Assembly (NCBI GenBank): GCA_049591615.1
Contig: JBAWFD010000135.1
Location: 29,858 to 93,857, forward strand
Reading direction: 5' to 3'
DNA length: 64,000 bases
Source: Gammaproteobacteria bacterium
GTDB lineage: Bacteria; Pseudomonadota; Gammaproteobacteria; Natronospirales; REEB76
In this document: piece after piece, positions 40,897 through 55,929 of the stretch
Layout of the letters: each line of letters opens with the position of its first letter
How positions within the stretch are numbered: the first letter of the stretch is position 1
The notes under the pieces: model-generated
Databases searched by the model: none
Told to the model about the DNA's origin: nothing
The model's input: only the letters and a program-made list of their open reading frames with translations
Program-made: the position numbers and the translations under genes

Positions 40897-41220
40897 TCAA
40901 TGATTGGGTGGAGGTGGCGTCGTCGGTTCGCGCACGATCTGATAAAACGTTTCGCCTTTCTTGATCATGCCAAGATCAGCACGCGCCTGTTCCTCAACAG
41001 CCGCCTGACCTTGTTTAAGGTCCTGTACCTGCGCGGCCAGCGCCTGGTCGCGTTTGGTGAGTTCGGAGTTCTCGATCTGCTGGGCATCCACCTGCCGCTG
41101 GAGCGCCCAGGCATCGAACATATTGCCCTCACCGAACCATAGCTGATACTGGAACAGCAGCAGCAACAGTACCAGGATCAGCGGCAACAGGAACTTTATG
41201 TGCAGCCCGCTAAACTGCAT
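40897..41220 (-). CDS. ftsB: cell division protein FtsB
   Basis: From ATG 41220: one TM, then a coiled coil ...LWFGEGNMFDAWALQRQVDAQQ...EEQARADLGMIKKGETFYQIV. This parallels E. coli FtsB and starts 1 nt after the eno stop. Confidence 0.87.
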   Translation of the reverse strand: MQFSGLHIKFLLPLILVLLLLLFQYQLWFGEGNMFDAWALQRQVDAQQIENSELTKRDQALAAQVQDLKQGQAAVEEQARADLGMIKKGETFYQIVREPTTPPPPNH

Positions 41221-41221
41221 A

Positions 41222-42532
<1,311 letters not shown>

Positions 42533-42557
42533 TTATAACTGATCGTCATCAAATACT

Positions 42558-45094
<2,537 letters not shown>

Positions 45095-45155
45095 CTAACA
45101 GAATCGGGGGTCCTAATGAAGCAAAATTTACCGGACTGCGAGCAGCTTGCCTTTT

Positions 45156-46496
45156 CTAATGCAGAGTGGGATGCATCAGCCATTCGATGCGCAAGCCCGG
45201 CTCATCGTTTCCGGCGGCAAACGGTGCGCAAACGAACAACCCTGCGACCGCCGCCAGCTGGTCGCCGATATACAGCAGCGGCAGACGTTCCCGCATCCAG
45301 GGCACTACGTTCAAATCCTGCAGCCACTTCTTAAGGGGCCGATGATGGGCGTTACCCTCAGGCTTGCAGACCTCGCCTCCGGATCGGAAACGCACCCGCA
45401 AACCCTCGGATGGGTAATCCGCGGTACGCAGCCGCTCACCTTCCAGGGCAGGCGCTAGTCGAAGCGAGCCCATACCAGCCGCCAATAGCTTGGGTGAGCC
45501 TAGCTTAAGCATGAATTCGTGACTTGCGGCCACAGGTGCGGGCCTTAGGCCATACACCTGGCCGCGATAACGGCGTACTTCTGCGCCTTCCCAAGAGACG
45601 CAGGGATTACGATCTGCGCGGGCCGACAATACTTCACTGACAATCTGTTCCAGTTTATGGGCTGGTGGCAACGGTAGCTGCAGGCTTTCCAGCCAGTACC
45701 GCAACAGGTTTTTGGCACGCACTGCGCCGAGTTTCCGCAAAGCAGTCACTGACAACACCCGGCCTTCTGCGTCGACACTGCACTCCCAATCTTTTGCCGC
45801 TACGGCACCCAGCATCTCGAGAGCCTCGCCGCAGTGTCCCGCGCTGCGTGTCACAGTTGCGGCTGCTGACGGCCAGCGTTGTTTGATTACAGGAATCACT
45901 TCACGGCGTAAAAAATTGCGATCGAAGCGGGAATCGTCGTTACTAGGGTCGTGCAGCCAGGTGAGTTTCTGTGCCTCCGCCCAGGACTGTAATTCTTGGC
46001 GTGTGAGGCCAAGCAAGGGACGCGCCAGATAACCTGGCTCAAATACAGTAACCATTGGCATGGCGGCTAGACCGCGCAGTCCTGCGCCCCGCAATGCTTG
46101 CAGCAGGAAAGTTTCCATTTGGTCATCCTGATGATGGGCGAGCATTAGCAGGTCATTTTTATGCATTAGTTTCCGAAATATCTGATAACGCAATTCACGG
46201 GCAACGGCTTCGAGACTTTGCCCTTTGCCCAATTTGACATTGACGCTCCGACATTCGATCGGCACATTCAATGCCGCACAGATCTTCCGGCAATGCTGTT
46301 CCCAAATATCCGCATCAGGATTTAGCTGATGGTTCACATGTATAGCCCGCAACCGGGTTGACAGATATGCTTGCTGTTGGGCCAAAGCTGACAGCAACAC
46401 GGTAGAATCGAGGCCACCGCTGAAACCCACCCAATAGCAATGCGCGGCCGGGAGGCCGCACATCAGGGTTTTCAGTTTTTCAGGATCGAAACTCAC
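45156..46496 (-). CDS. tilS: tRNA(Ile)-lysidine synthetase TilS
   Basis: PP-loop VGFSGGLDSTVLLSAL. The track ORF (to 46667) overlaps accA by about 150 nt. I place the start at GTG 46496 (VSFDPEKLKTLMCGLPAAHCYWVGFSGG). ATG 46463 is an alternative. Confidence 0.8.
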   Translation of the reverse strand: MSFDPEKLKTLMCGLPAAHCYWVGFSGGLDSTVLLSALAQQQAYLSTRLRAIHVNHQLNPDADIWEQHCRKICAALNVPIECRSVNVKLGKGQSLEAVARELRYQIFRKLMHKNDLLMLAHHQDDQMETFLLQALRGAGLRGLAAMPMVTVFEPGYLARPLLGLTRQELQSWAEAQKLTWLHDPSNDDSRFDRNFLRREVIPVIKQRWPSAAATVTRSAGHCGEALEMLGAVAAKDWECSVDAEGRVLSVTALRKLGAVRAKNLLRYWLESLQLPLPPAHKLEQIVSEVLSARADRNPCVSWEGAEVRRYRGQVYGLRPAPVAASHEFMLKLGSPKLLAAGMGSLRLAPALEGERLRTADYPSEGLRVRFRSGGEVCKPEGNAHHRPLKKWLQDLNVVPWMRERLPLLYIGDQLAAVAGLFVCAPFAAGNDEPGLRIEWLMHPTLH

Positions 46497-46518
46497 GAGC
46501 GGTGGATAGAGACGCGGC

Positions 46519-47475
46519 TCACTCCTTGAAACTCCCGAATGAAGTGAAGCGCTTATAACGTGCTTCCAGTACTTCATCCATGGAAACATGTTCGAGGCGG
46601 CTGAGCGCATCGCTGATGGCGTTCTTGATGGTGGCTGCCACGGCATCCGGATTGCGGTGTGCACCACCCAGAGGTTCTTGCAGCACCGTATCGATGAGCC
46701 CCAGGCTCTTCAGTCTCTCGGCGGTGATGCCCATGGCGTCCGCCGCCTCGCTGGCCTTGTCCGCGCTCTTCCACAGGATGGAAGCGCAGCCTTCCGGCGA
46801 GATCACTGAATAAATGCTGTATTGCAACATGAGCACACGGTCGCCCACGCCGATGGCTAGAGCCCCGCCGGAACCACCTTCACCGATGATGGTGCAGATA
46901 ATGGGTACACGCAGCGTGGACATCTCAAACAGATTGCGCGCGATGGCTTCGCTCTGCCCGCGCTCTTCCGCACCCACACCCGGATAAGCACCGGGCGTAT
47001 CGATGAAGGTCATGAGCGGCAGACGGAAACGTTCCGCCATCTTCATGATGCGCAACGCCTTGCGGTAGCCTTCGGGACGCGGCATGCCGAAATTGCGGCG
47101 CACTTTTTCCTTGGTATCGCGACCCTTCTGCTCGCCGATAATAGCCAGCGGCCGTTCGTTCAACCGGGCGATGCCAGAGACGATGGCCGGGTCGTCACCA
47201 AAAGTACGGTCCCCATGCAATTCCTCGAAATCGGTGAAAATCTTCTGGATGTAATCCAGTGCATACGGACGCAGCGGATGGCGTGCCAGCTGCGCCACCT
47301 GCCAGGCATTCAGGCTTGAGAAGATGGTTTCTGTGAGGGTCCGGCTTTTGGCCTGCAGGCGCTCAATTTCGTCGGTGATACTGACGGCGGACTCATCGCC
47401 CACGAAGCGCAGCTCCTCGATCTTGGCTTCGAGCTCGGCAATCGGTTGTTCAAATTCGAGGAAATTGAGATTCAT
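46519..47475 (-). CDS. accA: acetyl-CoA carboxylase carboxyltransferase subunit alpha
   Basis: From ATG 47475: [24 protein letters not shown], plus [23 protein letters not shown]. Confidence 0.95.
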   Translation of the reverse strand: MNLNFLEFEQPIAELEAKIEELRFVGDESAVSITDEIERLQAKSRTLTETIFSSLNAWQVAQLARHPLRPYALDYIQKIFTDFEELHGDRTFGDDPAIVSGIARLNERPLAIIGEQKGRDTKEKVRRNFGMPRPEGYRKALRIMKMAERFRLPLMTFIDTPGAYPGVGAEERGQSEAIARNLFEMSTLRVPIICTIIGEGGSGGALAIGVGDRVLMLQYSIYSVISPEGCASILWKSADKASEAADAMGITAERLKSLGLIDTVLQEPLGGAHRNPDAVAATIKNAISDALSRLEHVSMDEVLEARYKRFTSFGSFKE

Positions 47476-47719
47476 TATCAAATGATAGTTTGCGCGATAA
47501 TTAACGTTACCGGCTGAGGTGGCGAACGACAAGCCCTCATCCAAGTCTAACAGCACAATGCCTTGCATGGCGCGCCGCCCGGCCTCGCCCACTGAGCGCC
47601 GCTTGTGGTCCAGGGCGCACGTCCTGTTCGCCTGCTCGAAGCTCTGCTTTTTGCCCGTGGTGAGGCACTCGCCGGGATCGAGCGGTCATTAACCGCGCGA
47701 TTAAAGCACCCATCGTCCC

Positions 47720-50700
47720 TTAGGCACTGGCTACCTCAATGGCAGGGTCGATAGGACGGGTACCGTAGTGCAAAGTGATGCTGCCCATACCCAACCAGGT
47801 TTCCAGTCGCCGGGTCAGTATCTCGGTGGGATGCACCCGCCAGGCCTCCCCCAGGCACATGGGCACGCTGGCGCTCGCACCATGGTAGCGCACCCAGACA
47901 CTGCAGCGACCACCCAGATGCGGTCTGAGGGCCTCCTTGAGGCGGGTGGCGAAACTCTCCCCACCTGCTGCTGTCCATTGTATGTCCAAGCGCCGCACGT
48001 AACGTTCCCGCAGCTCGTCCACCCCATACATGTTCTTGACGGTGATACGCCAACCGCTGATGAATTCGTCGAAGGCCAGCCGACCTTCCACCACGACTAC
48101 CCTATCCTTCACTGCCAGGGTCCGGAAGCGCTTGAATACATCCTCGAACAGAGTCGCCTCGAGTCGTCCGCTGCGATCATCCAGCACCAGGCTCACACGC
48201 CCACCACGTTTGCGTAACTCCACAATCAAGCCGGCCGCCACCACGTTGCGAGCTGTCGCCGTATAACCATAGCCGCGCTCGTCATTGCTTTCCGGCGGTG
48301 ACTCGTCCGCCAGTTCGCCCAACGGGGCCGTGACTACATGGCGTAAATCCGCCGCATAGCGGGTCACCGGATGCCCGGTTAGATACAACCCCAGGGTGTC
48401 CCGCTCACCGCGCAGACGCTCATCCTCATCCCAGTCCGGCAGTTGAACGGCTGATTGCGCCGGCTGCGATTTCACCGATCCGGGAGGACCTGCCAGGCCG
48501 AACATATCGTTCTGGCCCGCGGCGCTGGCGCGCGTGCTCTGGTCAGCGCGCGCCAGGGCTTCCGGCAAATGTGCCATGAGCGTAGCGCGATTGAGTCCAA
48601 ACGCATCCAGGGCGCCGGCACGGATCAGCGCCTCGATCACGCGACGGTTGGCTTTCTGCAGATCGATACGCCGGCAAAAATCCTCGATCGATTTGAACAC
48701 GCCAGTGCGCACCCGTTCTTCCAGCACCCCTTCGATGGCCGCCAACCCCACGCCCTTGATGGCCCCCAAACCATAGCGGATGCTGCCTTCATCCGCCATG
48801 GCGAAACGGTAGTCGGAATTGTTGATGTCCGGTGGCAAAATTCTCAGTTCCATCACGCGACACTCGTCGATCAATGTCACGACTTTATCGGTATGGTCCA
48901 TGTCTGAAGACAACACCGCCGCCATGAAGGCAGCGGGATAATGCGCCTTGAGCCAGGCGGTTTGATAGGCGAGTAGCGCGTACGCGGCTGAATGAGATTT
49001 ATTAAAACCATAACCGGCGAATTTTTCCATCAGATCGAAAATATAGGTGGCGAGACGCATATCCACGCCACGCGCAATCGCACCCTTCACGAACACGTCA
49101 CGCTGCTCGGCCATTTCTCCCGCATCCTTCTTGCCCATGGCACGGCGCAGCAGGTCAGCATTGCCCAGTGTATAGCCAGCCAGTATCTGGGCGATCTGCA
49201 TCACCTGTTCCTGATACAGAATCACTCCGTAAGTGGGTTTCAGGATCGGTTCCAGCTTGGGATGCGGATAATCAACCTTTGCTTTACCGTGTTTACGCGC
49301 CATGAAATCATCCACCATCCCGGACTGCAATGGTCCGGGCCGGAACAGCGCCACTAGCGCTACGACATCGCCGAAGCAGTCTGGCTTCAGCCGGCGGATA
49401 AGATCTTTCATGCCGCGAGATTCCAGCTGGAAGACTGCCGTGGTCTGGCAACGTTTCAGCAAAGCGTAGGTGGCTGGGTCATTCATTGGTATAACGCTGA
49501 TGTCCACCGGCGCGAGGTTTTCGGCCTTGCGTTGCTGATTGATGATGGCGACCGCCCAATCGATGATGGTGAGCGTGCGTAGACCCAGAAAATCGAATTT
49601 CACCAGACCTATCGCTTCCACATCGTCTTTATCCAGTTGTGTAACTGGGTGAGTGCTGCCGGCTTCACAGTACAGCGGCATGAAGTCTGTAAGCTCGGAT
49701 GGCGCGATCACCACACCGCCCGCATGTTTGCCGGCGTTGCGAGCCAAGCCTTCCAGCGAACGCGCTAGGTCCAGGAGCTGTCTGACCTCGTCCTCGTTCT
49801 GGTAACGCGCTCGCAGCTCCGGCTCCTGCTTCAGCGCTTTATCCAGAGTCATCTCCAGCTCGAAGGGAATCAGTTTGGCGATCTGATCGACAAAGCCATA
49901 AGGGTGTCCAAGCACACGGCCCACATCGCGTACCACGGCCCGCGCCGCCATGCTGCCGTAGGTGATGATCTGGGATACTCGTCCGCGGCCATAGCGTTCT
50001 GCCACATAGTCAATCACTCGGTCGCGATTCTGCATGCAGAAATCCACGTCGAAATCCGGCATGGATACCCGCTCGGGATTGAGGAAGCGCTCGAACAGCA
50101 GCCCATATTCCAAGGGATCAAGATCGGTGATGCCTAACGCATAGGCCACTAACGAACCGGCGCCAGAGCCGCGACCGGGGCCCACGGGGACGCCGTTGTG
50201 CTTAGCCCAACGGATGAAATCCGCCACGATCAGAAAGTAACCTGCGAAACCCATGCGCAGGATCACATCCAGCTCTAACTGTAAGCGTTCGTTATATGGT
50301 TTTGCGTATTTCTCAGGGTCCTTAACTTCAGCGGTAAACAACTTGGCTAGGCGTTTCTCCAGGCCTGTCTGTGCCTCAGTGTGCAGGAAGCTCTCGACTG
50401 TGTGTCCCGGTGGGATGGGATAAGCCGGCAAAAAGTTTTCGCCCAGATGCAAGCTAAAGTTGCAACGCCTGGCGATTTCTACACTGTTCTCCAGGGCTTC
50501 CGGCAAATCCGAGAACAACTGCAGCATCTGTTCTTCGCTGCGCAGAAATTGCTGCTGGCTGTAAGTTCGTGGGCGGCGCGGGTCATTCAAGACATGTCCT
50601 GACTGGATGCAGACGCGTGCTTCATGGGCTTCGAATTCTTCCTGTCTGAGAAAACGCACATCGTTGGTGGCCACCAAAAGTACGCCACTGGTTGCCGCGA

Positions 50701-51256
50701 GTTTTACCGCCATGCGCAAGTAATCCTCTTCGCCCTCGCGTCCAGTGCGCTGCAATTCCATATAGAAATGTTCCGGGAACAACTCCAGCCAGCTCTTCAA
50801 CAGTGCATGTGCCTGGTCATTCCGGCCTGCCAGAAGCGCGCGCCCCACATCCCCGTCGCGGCCACCCGACAGTGCGATCAGACCCTGGGTATGGCCCTCG
50901 AACCATTGGCGTTCCAGCACGGGCACGCCACGCAGCTGGCCTTCTAGATAGCTGCGCGTTATAAGCGCCGACAGATTGCGGTATCCCTGGGTGTCACAGC
51001 ACAACAGAGTGAAATTGCAGGATGCATTTCCCGCATCATCACGCAGGCGTAAATCAGCACCGATAATAGGTTTGATTCCATATGCCTGCGCGGCCTTGTA
51101 AAATTTCACCAGCGCAAACAGATTGCCCTGATCGGTGAGCGCCACCGCCGGCATCTGCATGGCTGCCAGGCTCTCCATGAGTCGTGGTACACGGATAACG
51201 CTATCCACCAATGAATATTCGGTGTGCAGGCGCAGATGTATAAAGCGTGGCGACAT
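47720..51256 (-). CDS. dnaE: DNA polymerase III subunit alpha
   Basis: 1178 aa. PHP domain FIHLRLHTEYSL, catalytic region GRGSGAGSLVAYALGITDLDP...MPDFDVDFC, and the OB-fold tail. Confidence 0.97.
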   Translation of the reverse strand: MSPRFIHLRLHTEYSLVDSVIRVPRLMESLAAMQMPAVALTDQGNLFALVKFYKAAQAYGIKPIIGADLRLRDDAGNASCNFTLLCCDTQGYRNLSALITRSYLEGQLRGVPVLERQWFEGHTQGLIALSGGRDGDVGRALLAGRNDQAHALLKSWLELFPEHFYMELQRTGREGEEDYLRMAVKLAATSGVLLVATNDVRFLRQEEFEAHEARVCIQSGHVLNDPRRPRTYSQQQFLRSEEQMLQLFSDLPEALENSVEIARRCNFSLHLGENFLPAYPIPPGHTVESFLHTEAQTGLEKRLAKLFTAEVKDPEKYAKPYNERLQLELDVILRMGFAGYFLIVADFIRWAKHNGVPVGPGRGSGAGSLVAYALGITDLDPLEYGLLFERFLNPERVSMPDFDVDFCMQNRDRVIDYVAERYGRGRVSQIITYGSMAARAVVRDVGRVLGHPYGFVDQIAKLIPFELEMTLDKALKQEPELRARYQNEDEVRQLLDLARSLEGLARNAGKHAGGVVIAPSELTDFMPLYCEAGSTHPVTQLDKDDVEAIGLVKFDFLGLRTLTIIDWAVAIINQQRKAENLAPVDISVIPMNDPATYALLKRCQTTAVFQLESRGMKDLIRRLKPDCFGDVVALVALFRPGPLQSGMVDDFMARKHGKAKVDYPHPKLEPILKPTYGVILYQEQVMQIAQILAGYTLGNADLLRRAMGKKDAGEMAEQRDVFVKGAIARGVDMRLATYIFDLMEKFAGYGFNKSHSAAYALLAYQTAWLKAHYPAAFMAAVLSSDMDHTDKVVTLIDECRVMELRILPPDINNSDYRFAMADEGSIRYGLGAIKGVGLAAIEGVLEERVRTGVFKSIEDFCRRIDLQKANRRVIEALIRAGALDAFGLNRATLMAHLPEALARADQSTRASAAGQNDMFGLAGPPGSVKSQPAQSAVQLPDWDEDERLRGERDTLGLYLTGHPVTRYAADLRHVVTAPLGELADESPPESNDERGYGYTATARNVVAAGLIVELRKRGGRVSLVLDDRSGRLEATLFEDVFKRFRTLAVKDRVVVVEGRLAFDEFISGWRITVKNMYGVDELRERYVRRLDIQWTAAGGESFATRLKEALRPHLGGRCSVWVRYHGASASVPMCLGEAWRVHPTEILTRRLETWLGMGSITLHYGTRPIDPAIEVASA

Positions 51257-51258
51257 GT

Positions 51259-51876
51259 TCAGGCGATTTTTACTTTACATCGTTGTACCGGCGCAAATGA
51301 GCGCCGATGGATGGCACAAGCACCATATTTCACGAGTGCTTCCAAGTGCATCGGAGTTGAATACCCTTTGTGGATACGGAATCCGTAAGCGGGATAAAGC
51401 TCGTCAAAACGTCGCATGGCTGCATCACGCTCCACCTTGGCGAGAATCGAAGCGGCAGAAATAATCGGGATCAGACTATCGCCATGCACAACGGCTTCCA
51501 TTGGACAAGACAAATCCGGACAACGATCGCCATCCACCAGTACTTTTTTTGGCATCACGGCCAGCGCCAGCACCGCACGCTGCATGGCCAACAATGCGGC
51601 TTGCAGGATATTCAGGCGGTCGATTTCTATATGGTCCGCCCAGCCCACAGCCCAGGCCAGTGCCCGCCGGCGGATTTCCGCCGCCAGTTGCTCGCGCCGG
51701 AGAGGTGTCAGCAGCTTTGAATCTTTGAGCCCCGGAATGGGTCGGGAAGGCGCCAGAATAACTGCTGCAGCAGCCACCGGACCTGCCAACGGACCTCGCC
51801 CGGCCTCATCCACGCCGGCGATATTGACGCCCAGACTTGCCCCAGATCGGATCATACTTACATCGGCTCCCGGCAT
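51259..51876 (-). CDS. rnhB: ribonuclease HII
   Basis: 205 aa with [16 protein letters not shown] and DSKLLT. Confidence 0.92.
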   Translation of the reverse strand: MPGADVSMIRSGASLGVNIAGVDEAGRGPLAGPVAAAAVILAPSRPIPGLKDSKLLTPLRREQLAAEIRRRALAWAVGWADHIEIDRLNILQAALLAMQRAVLALAVMPKKVLVDGDRCPDLSCPMEAVVHGDSLIPIISAASILAKVERDAAMRRFDELYPAYGFRIHKGYSTPMHLEALVKYGACAIHRRSFAPVQRCKVKIA

Positions 51877-51890
51877 TGCGCGCTGTCATT

Positions 51891-53051
51891 CTAACCTGCC
51901 ATGGTCGGTTGTTCGGTCAGCAGTTCCAGAATTGCTTGCGCAGCGCGCTCGTCGGCTTGGCGACGCAGCACACGGCCGAGTACGTCAAAAGATTCCAGTT
52001 GTGCGCTGCGTGCGGCTGGATCCTGCAGCAATCTAAGCAGCGCAGCTCCCATATCGGATGGCAAGGCGCGATACTGGAGAAATTCCGGAACAATTTCCCG
52101 ATCTGCAAGCAGGTTGGGTAATGACACATGCTGGATGCGCAACAGGCGCAAGCCCTGGACTAGCGCATAACTGCTGGCGGCCACACGGTAGGCAACCACC
52201 ATAGGGCAGCGCCATAGCATGGCTTCCAACGTAGCAGTACCGGATGCAATGAGCGCCGCATCCACAACGCCCATGACATCGCGAGCATGACCGTCCACCA
52301 CCAGCACCGGCAGGTCCGGTTTGAGAGTACGGATCTGCTGCTTGATGAGCTTACTCAAAGCCAGGGTCGCTGCCGGGATGACAAAGTTTAACTCCGGCAT
52401 CTTAGCCAACAGCCACTGGGCGGTTTCAAGAAACAACGGTCCCAGACGCTCCACCTCGGTCAAGCGACTTCCAGGCAGCAGTCCAACCAGCTGACCTTCG
52501 AAAGGCAGGTGCAGGGTTTTTCGCAATGCTACTCGATCTGGGATTTTCGGTGCCTGGTCAGCTAATGGATGCCCGACAAATTTGGCTGCATATCCATGCT
52601 TTTCATACAGCGCGGTTTCGAAGGGCAACAAAGTCAGCACCAAATCAGTGGCCTTGCCAATTTTGAATACGCGCCGCGAACGCCATGCCCATATCGAGGG
52701 ACTGACATAATGGACCGTAGGTACTCCCGCCTGGTGCAGCCTGGCTTCCAAACCAATATTGAAATCAGGTGCGTCTATGCCGACGAAGATGTCCGGACGC
52801 TGCTCAAAAAAATGCTCAAGCAGACGGCGACGGATACGCAGCAAACGCGGCAGATGTGTTATCACTTCCGTGATGCCCATCACCGCCAAGTCTTCAGCGT
52901 TAGCCAGCGGCTTGCAACCAGCCGCGATCATGGCCGGACCCGCAACACCCTCGAATTGTGCATCCGGTATGCGGTTCCGAATTGCACGGATCAGACCGGC
53001 GCCAAGATTATCGCCAGAGCTTTCCCCCGCAACAATGCCGATTCGCAGCAT
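51891..53051 (-). CDS. lpxB: lipid-A-disaccharide synthase
   Basis: From ATG 53051: MLRIGIVAGESSGDNLGAGL. Position in the lpxA-lpxB-rnhB order. Confidence 0.92.
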   Translation of the reverse strand: MLRIGIVAGESSGDNLGAGLIRAIRNRIPDAQFEGVAGPAMIAAGCKPLANAEDLAVMGITEVITHLPRLLRIRRRLLEHFFEQRPDIFVGIDAPDFNIGLEARLHQAGVPTVHYVSPSIWAWRSRRVFKIGKATDLVLTLLPFETALYEKHGYAAKFVGHPLADQAPKIPDRVALRKTLHLPFEGQLVGLLPGSRLTEVERLGPLFLETAQWLLAKMPELNFVIPAATLALSKLIKQQIRTLKPDLPVLVVDGHARDVMGVVDAALIASGTATLEAMLWRCPMVVAYRVAASSYALVQGLRLLRIQHVSLPNLLADREIVPEFLQYRALPSDMGAALLRLLQDPAARSAQLESFDVLGRVLRRQADERAAQAILELLTEQPTMAG

Positions 53052-53089
53052 AATAATTTCGTATCGTGTGTTGAGAACCTTGGGCAAAA

Positions 53090-53884
53090 TCAGCGGGTAA
53101 TGCTGCGCTCGCTGGTTTCCAGAAATTTGACTAAGCGGGCCACTTCCGGCTGGGTGGCAGCTGGTTCACGTAACTTCTCCAGAGCCTCTTCGAGTCGGAG
53201 TTCGGATCGGTAGAGTATCCGATATGCATTCTTGATGTTTCGGATCTGCTCCGCAGTGAAAGCGCGCCGCTGCAGACCTTCACTGTTGATGCCCCGGGGT
53301 TCTACTGGTGTGCCGGATGCCATCACATAAGGAGGAATATCGCGCGTGATATCCACGTTCATACCGGTGAAACTATGGGCGCCAATGCGGCAGAATTGAT
53401 GCACTTTTGTAAAGCCGGCGAGTATCGCCCAGTCTTCGATGGTGACATGGCCAGCGAGTGTGGTGTTATTCGCCAATATCACATTGTCGCCCAGCAGACA
53501 GTCATGGGCGACATGCACGTAAGCCATGATCCAGTCATCATTACCGATTACAGTCCTGCCCTTGTCCTGGGCAGTACCACGACTGATGGTGACAAACTCA
53601 AAAAAAGTATTGCGGTCGCCGATTTCAAGCCAGGTAGGCTCCCCCCCGTACTTCTTATCCTGGGGAATACCGCCGATCGAAGCAAACTGGAAAATGCGGT
53701 TATCGCGGCCGATACGCGTAGGGCCCTGAATTACCGCATGTGGTCCGATCCAGGTCCCGGCACCGATTTCCACGTGCGGACCGATAACCGCAAACGGCCC
53801 GACCGTTACGTCTGTTGCCAGACGCGCGGATGGATCAACGGCCGCGCGGGAATCAATCAATCTTCGAACTTCTGTGAGGCGCAC
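53090..53884 (-). CDS. lpxA: acyl-ACP--UDP-N-acetylglucosamine O-acyltransferase
   Basis: Hexapeptide repeats; [27 protein letters not shown] parallels the E. coli/Pseudomonas LpxA N-terminus. The start is either GTG 53884 or TTG 53860. The TTG start (MIDSRAAV) would form a TTGA overlap with the fabZ stop. Confidence 0.9.
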   Translation of the reverse strand: MRLTEVRRLIDSRAAVDPSARLATDVTVGPFAVIGPHVEIGAGTWIGPHAVIQGPTRIGRDNRIFQFASIGGIPQDKKYGGEPTWLEIGDRNTFFEFVTISRGTAQDKGRTVIGNDDWIMAYVHVAHDCLLGDNVILANNTTLAGHVTIEDWAILAGFTKVHQFCRIGAHSFTGMNVDITRDIPPYVMASGTPVEPRGINSEGLQRRAFTAEQIRNIKNAYRILYRSELRLEEALEKLREPAATQPEVARLVKFLETSERSITR

Positions 53885-54315
53885 ATAAGGTCGGCCTCCG
53901 CAACTATTTTAGTATCCACTTCCGCTTGAGCCTTATATTTCCAAATACCGCGCTTGTTCCATAGATGCTCGACTTTAAGCAGGAGTTGATCGCCGGGTTC
54001 TACCGGTTTCTTAAAACGCGCATTATCAATACCGACAAAGTAATAGAGCGTGTGCTGATCAGGCGAATAACCGAGGGTTGCGAATGTCAGCAAACCTGTG
54101 GCCTGGGCGAGTGCTTCGAGTATCAACACGCCCGGCATAACTGCTCTCTGAGGGAAATGACCCGGGAAGAATGGCTCATTGATAGTGACGTTCTTGATAG
54201 CAGTCAGCGATATGCCCGGCTTACATTCCAGCACACGGTCCACCAGCAAGAATGGATAGCGATGTGGCAGCTGTTTGATGATGGCATGGATGTCCAGAAA
54301 TGGCTGTTTTGACAT
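53857..54315 (-). CDS. fabZ: 3-hydroxyacyl-ACP dehydratase FabZ
   Basis: 152 aa with [13 protein letters not shown] and FFPGHFP. Confidence 0.96.
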   Translation of the reverse strand: MSKQPFLDIHAIIKQLPHRYPFLLVDRVLECKPGISLTAIKNVTINEPFFPGHFPQRAVMPGVLILEALAQATGLLTFATLGYSPDQHTLYYFVGIDNARFKKPVEPGDQLLLKVEHLWNKRGIWKYKAQAEVDTKIVAEADLMCASQKFED

Positions 54316-54320
54316 GTCGC

Positions 54321-55343
54321 TTAGTCCTTCATCTTTTTTTCTATTGCTATTAATCTACGCGCAAGTTCATCAAGCTGGCGTATACGGACGCTGTTCTTAC
54401 GCCACCGCGCCGAGGTATCCATAGGCATGAGCCCCGAATAAACACCCGGTTCATGGATTGAATGGGTCACTACAGTCATCCCTGTGACAGTGACATCATC
54501 ACAGATTTCGATGTGTCCAACCACGCCTACCGAACCACCCAGCATGCAGCGACGCCCTATCGTGGCGCTGCCGGAAATTCCGGCACAACCCGCGATGATG
54601 GTATGTTCGCCGATATGCACGTTATGACCCACTTGTATCTGGTTATCGAGTTTTACGCCATTATGAATGACAGTATCCTCGAGAGCACCACGATCGATGC
54701 TGGTATTGGCGCCAATTTCCACATCATCTCCGATTACCACAGATCCAAGTTGTGGAACCTTGACCCAGGCTTCACCATCGCGGGCGAAACCAAAGCCGTC
54801 TGCTCCGACTACAACCCCGGGGTGAATCAACGCGCGCTTGCCCACCTTCACGCCATGACAAAGGGTGACGTTTGCAACCAACCGGCTATCTTCCGCAACA
54901 CTAGCCCCGGCTTGGATTACGCAGTTAGGGCCGATACTGACATTATCTGAAATCACCACGTCTGCTTCCAGCACCGCCCCCGGTGCGATCCAGGCTGTGG
55001 CAGAAATGCGGGCCTTTGGATGTATTTTGGCGCTCACATCGATGCCCTTGGGTAGCAAAACCCTAGCCGTCAGTAGCTCCGCCACCTTGGCATATAGAAG
55101 ATAGGGGTTAGCCGACACCAGCACTGGCACTTGCGACATCCCCGCATCAGACGACGATAAAATCACTGCAGCAGCACGAGTATCGGTGAGGTAGCGTCGA
55201 TAATGCGGATTGGTGAGAAAAGTGATGGTATTGGGCCCAGCGTGTTGAATCGTGCCTACGTCACGAATCAATGTATTGCCATCACCACGTACCTGCCCTC
55301 CGCAACGCTTGGCCAGTTCTGCGAGTGTGTATTGCACCGACAA
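54321..55343 (-). CDS. lpxD: UDP-3-O-acylglucosamine N-acyltransferase
   Basis: 340 aa starting [12 protein letters not shown], with long hexapeptide repeats. Conserved skp-lpxD-fabZ order. Confidence 0.93.
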   Translation of the reverse strand: MSVQYTLAELAKRCGGQVRGDGNTLIRDVGTIQHAGPNTITFLTNPHYRRYLTDTRAAAVILSSSDAGMSQVPVLVSANPYLLYAKVAELLTARVLLPKGIDVSAKIHPKARISATAWIAPGAVLEADVVISDNVSIGPNCVIQAGASVAEDSRLVANVTLCHGVKVGKRALIHPGVVVGADGFGFARDGEAWVKVPQLGSVVIGDDVEIGANTSIDRGALEDTVIHNGVKLDNQIQVGHNVHIGEHTIIAGCAGISGSATIGRRCMLGGSVGVVGHIEICDDVTVTGMTVVTHSIHEPGVYSGLMPMDTSARWRKNSVRIRQLDELARRLIAIEKKMKD

Positions 55344-55356
55344 GCTCCGCTATCGT

Positions 55357-55911
55357 TCATTTGCCGCCATCAGAAGGCGGATTCGTCTGGGCTTTGAAAT
55401 CTTTCTGCATCTGGTTCAATACCTGGTCGGTAACGTCAACGGTGCTATCCGCATAATAGGCGACACCCTTGTCGAGAATGAGATTGTAGTTCTGCGCTTT
55501 AGCAAACTTTCGTGCAGCTGTGTCAATTGCAGCCTGAAGTTCGCCTAGCTCTTGATTCCGTTGGCTGTTAACATCCGAGGTGAAATCATCCTGCTTACGC
55601 CTGAAATCCTGCTGTTGACTGTCCAACTGATTTTCCAGAGTCTGCAACTGGCTGGCACTCATGACTGCACCATTGCGATTGATTTGATCCTGTAAATCTT
55701 TGATCTTATTTTGCTGAGCCGTTAGGTCGTTGCCACGGCTATCAAATTTCTGATGCATTAATTTTGTCGCTGCCTCCGCTTGGGGTGATTTCTGCAGCAG
55801 AATTGCCCTGTCCACAACGCCGATCTTAATCTCAGCCGCTAAAATATTACTCGTGTACATCGCCGTAGATAACACAATCAACAGTAATATAAATTTATTG
55901 ACAAGTTTCAT
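55357..55911 (-). CDS. skp: periplasmic chaperone Skp/OmpH
   Basis: 184 aa with a signal peptide and a Q/K-rich coiled coil. Lies between bamA and lpxD. Confidence 0.8.
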   Translation of the reverse strand: MKLVNKFILLLIVLSTAMYTSNILAAEIKIGVVDRAILLQKSPQAEAATKLMHQKFDSRGNDLTAQQNKIKDLQDQINRNGAVMSASQLQTLENQLDSQQQDFRRKQDDFTSDVNSQRNQELGELQAAIDTAARKFAKAQNYNLILDKGVAYYADSTVDVTDQVLNQMQKDFKAQTNPPSDGGK

Positions 55912-55929
55912 GGAAATTCTCCGAATTTA

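Noticed and set aside
47537-47713. 58-aa Arg-rich ORF ([22 protein letters not shown]...) in the 244-nt GC-rich dnaE-accA spacer.
   Set aside because: It is low-complexity, has no usable spacing between the AAGGGA and the ATG, and has no recognisable family. The spacer more likely carries accA promoter or leader sequence.
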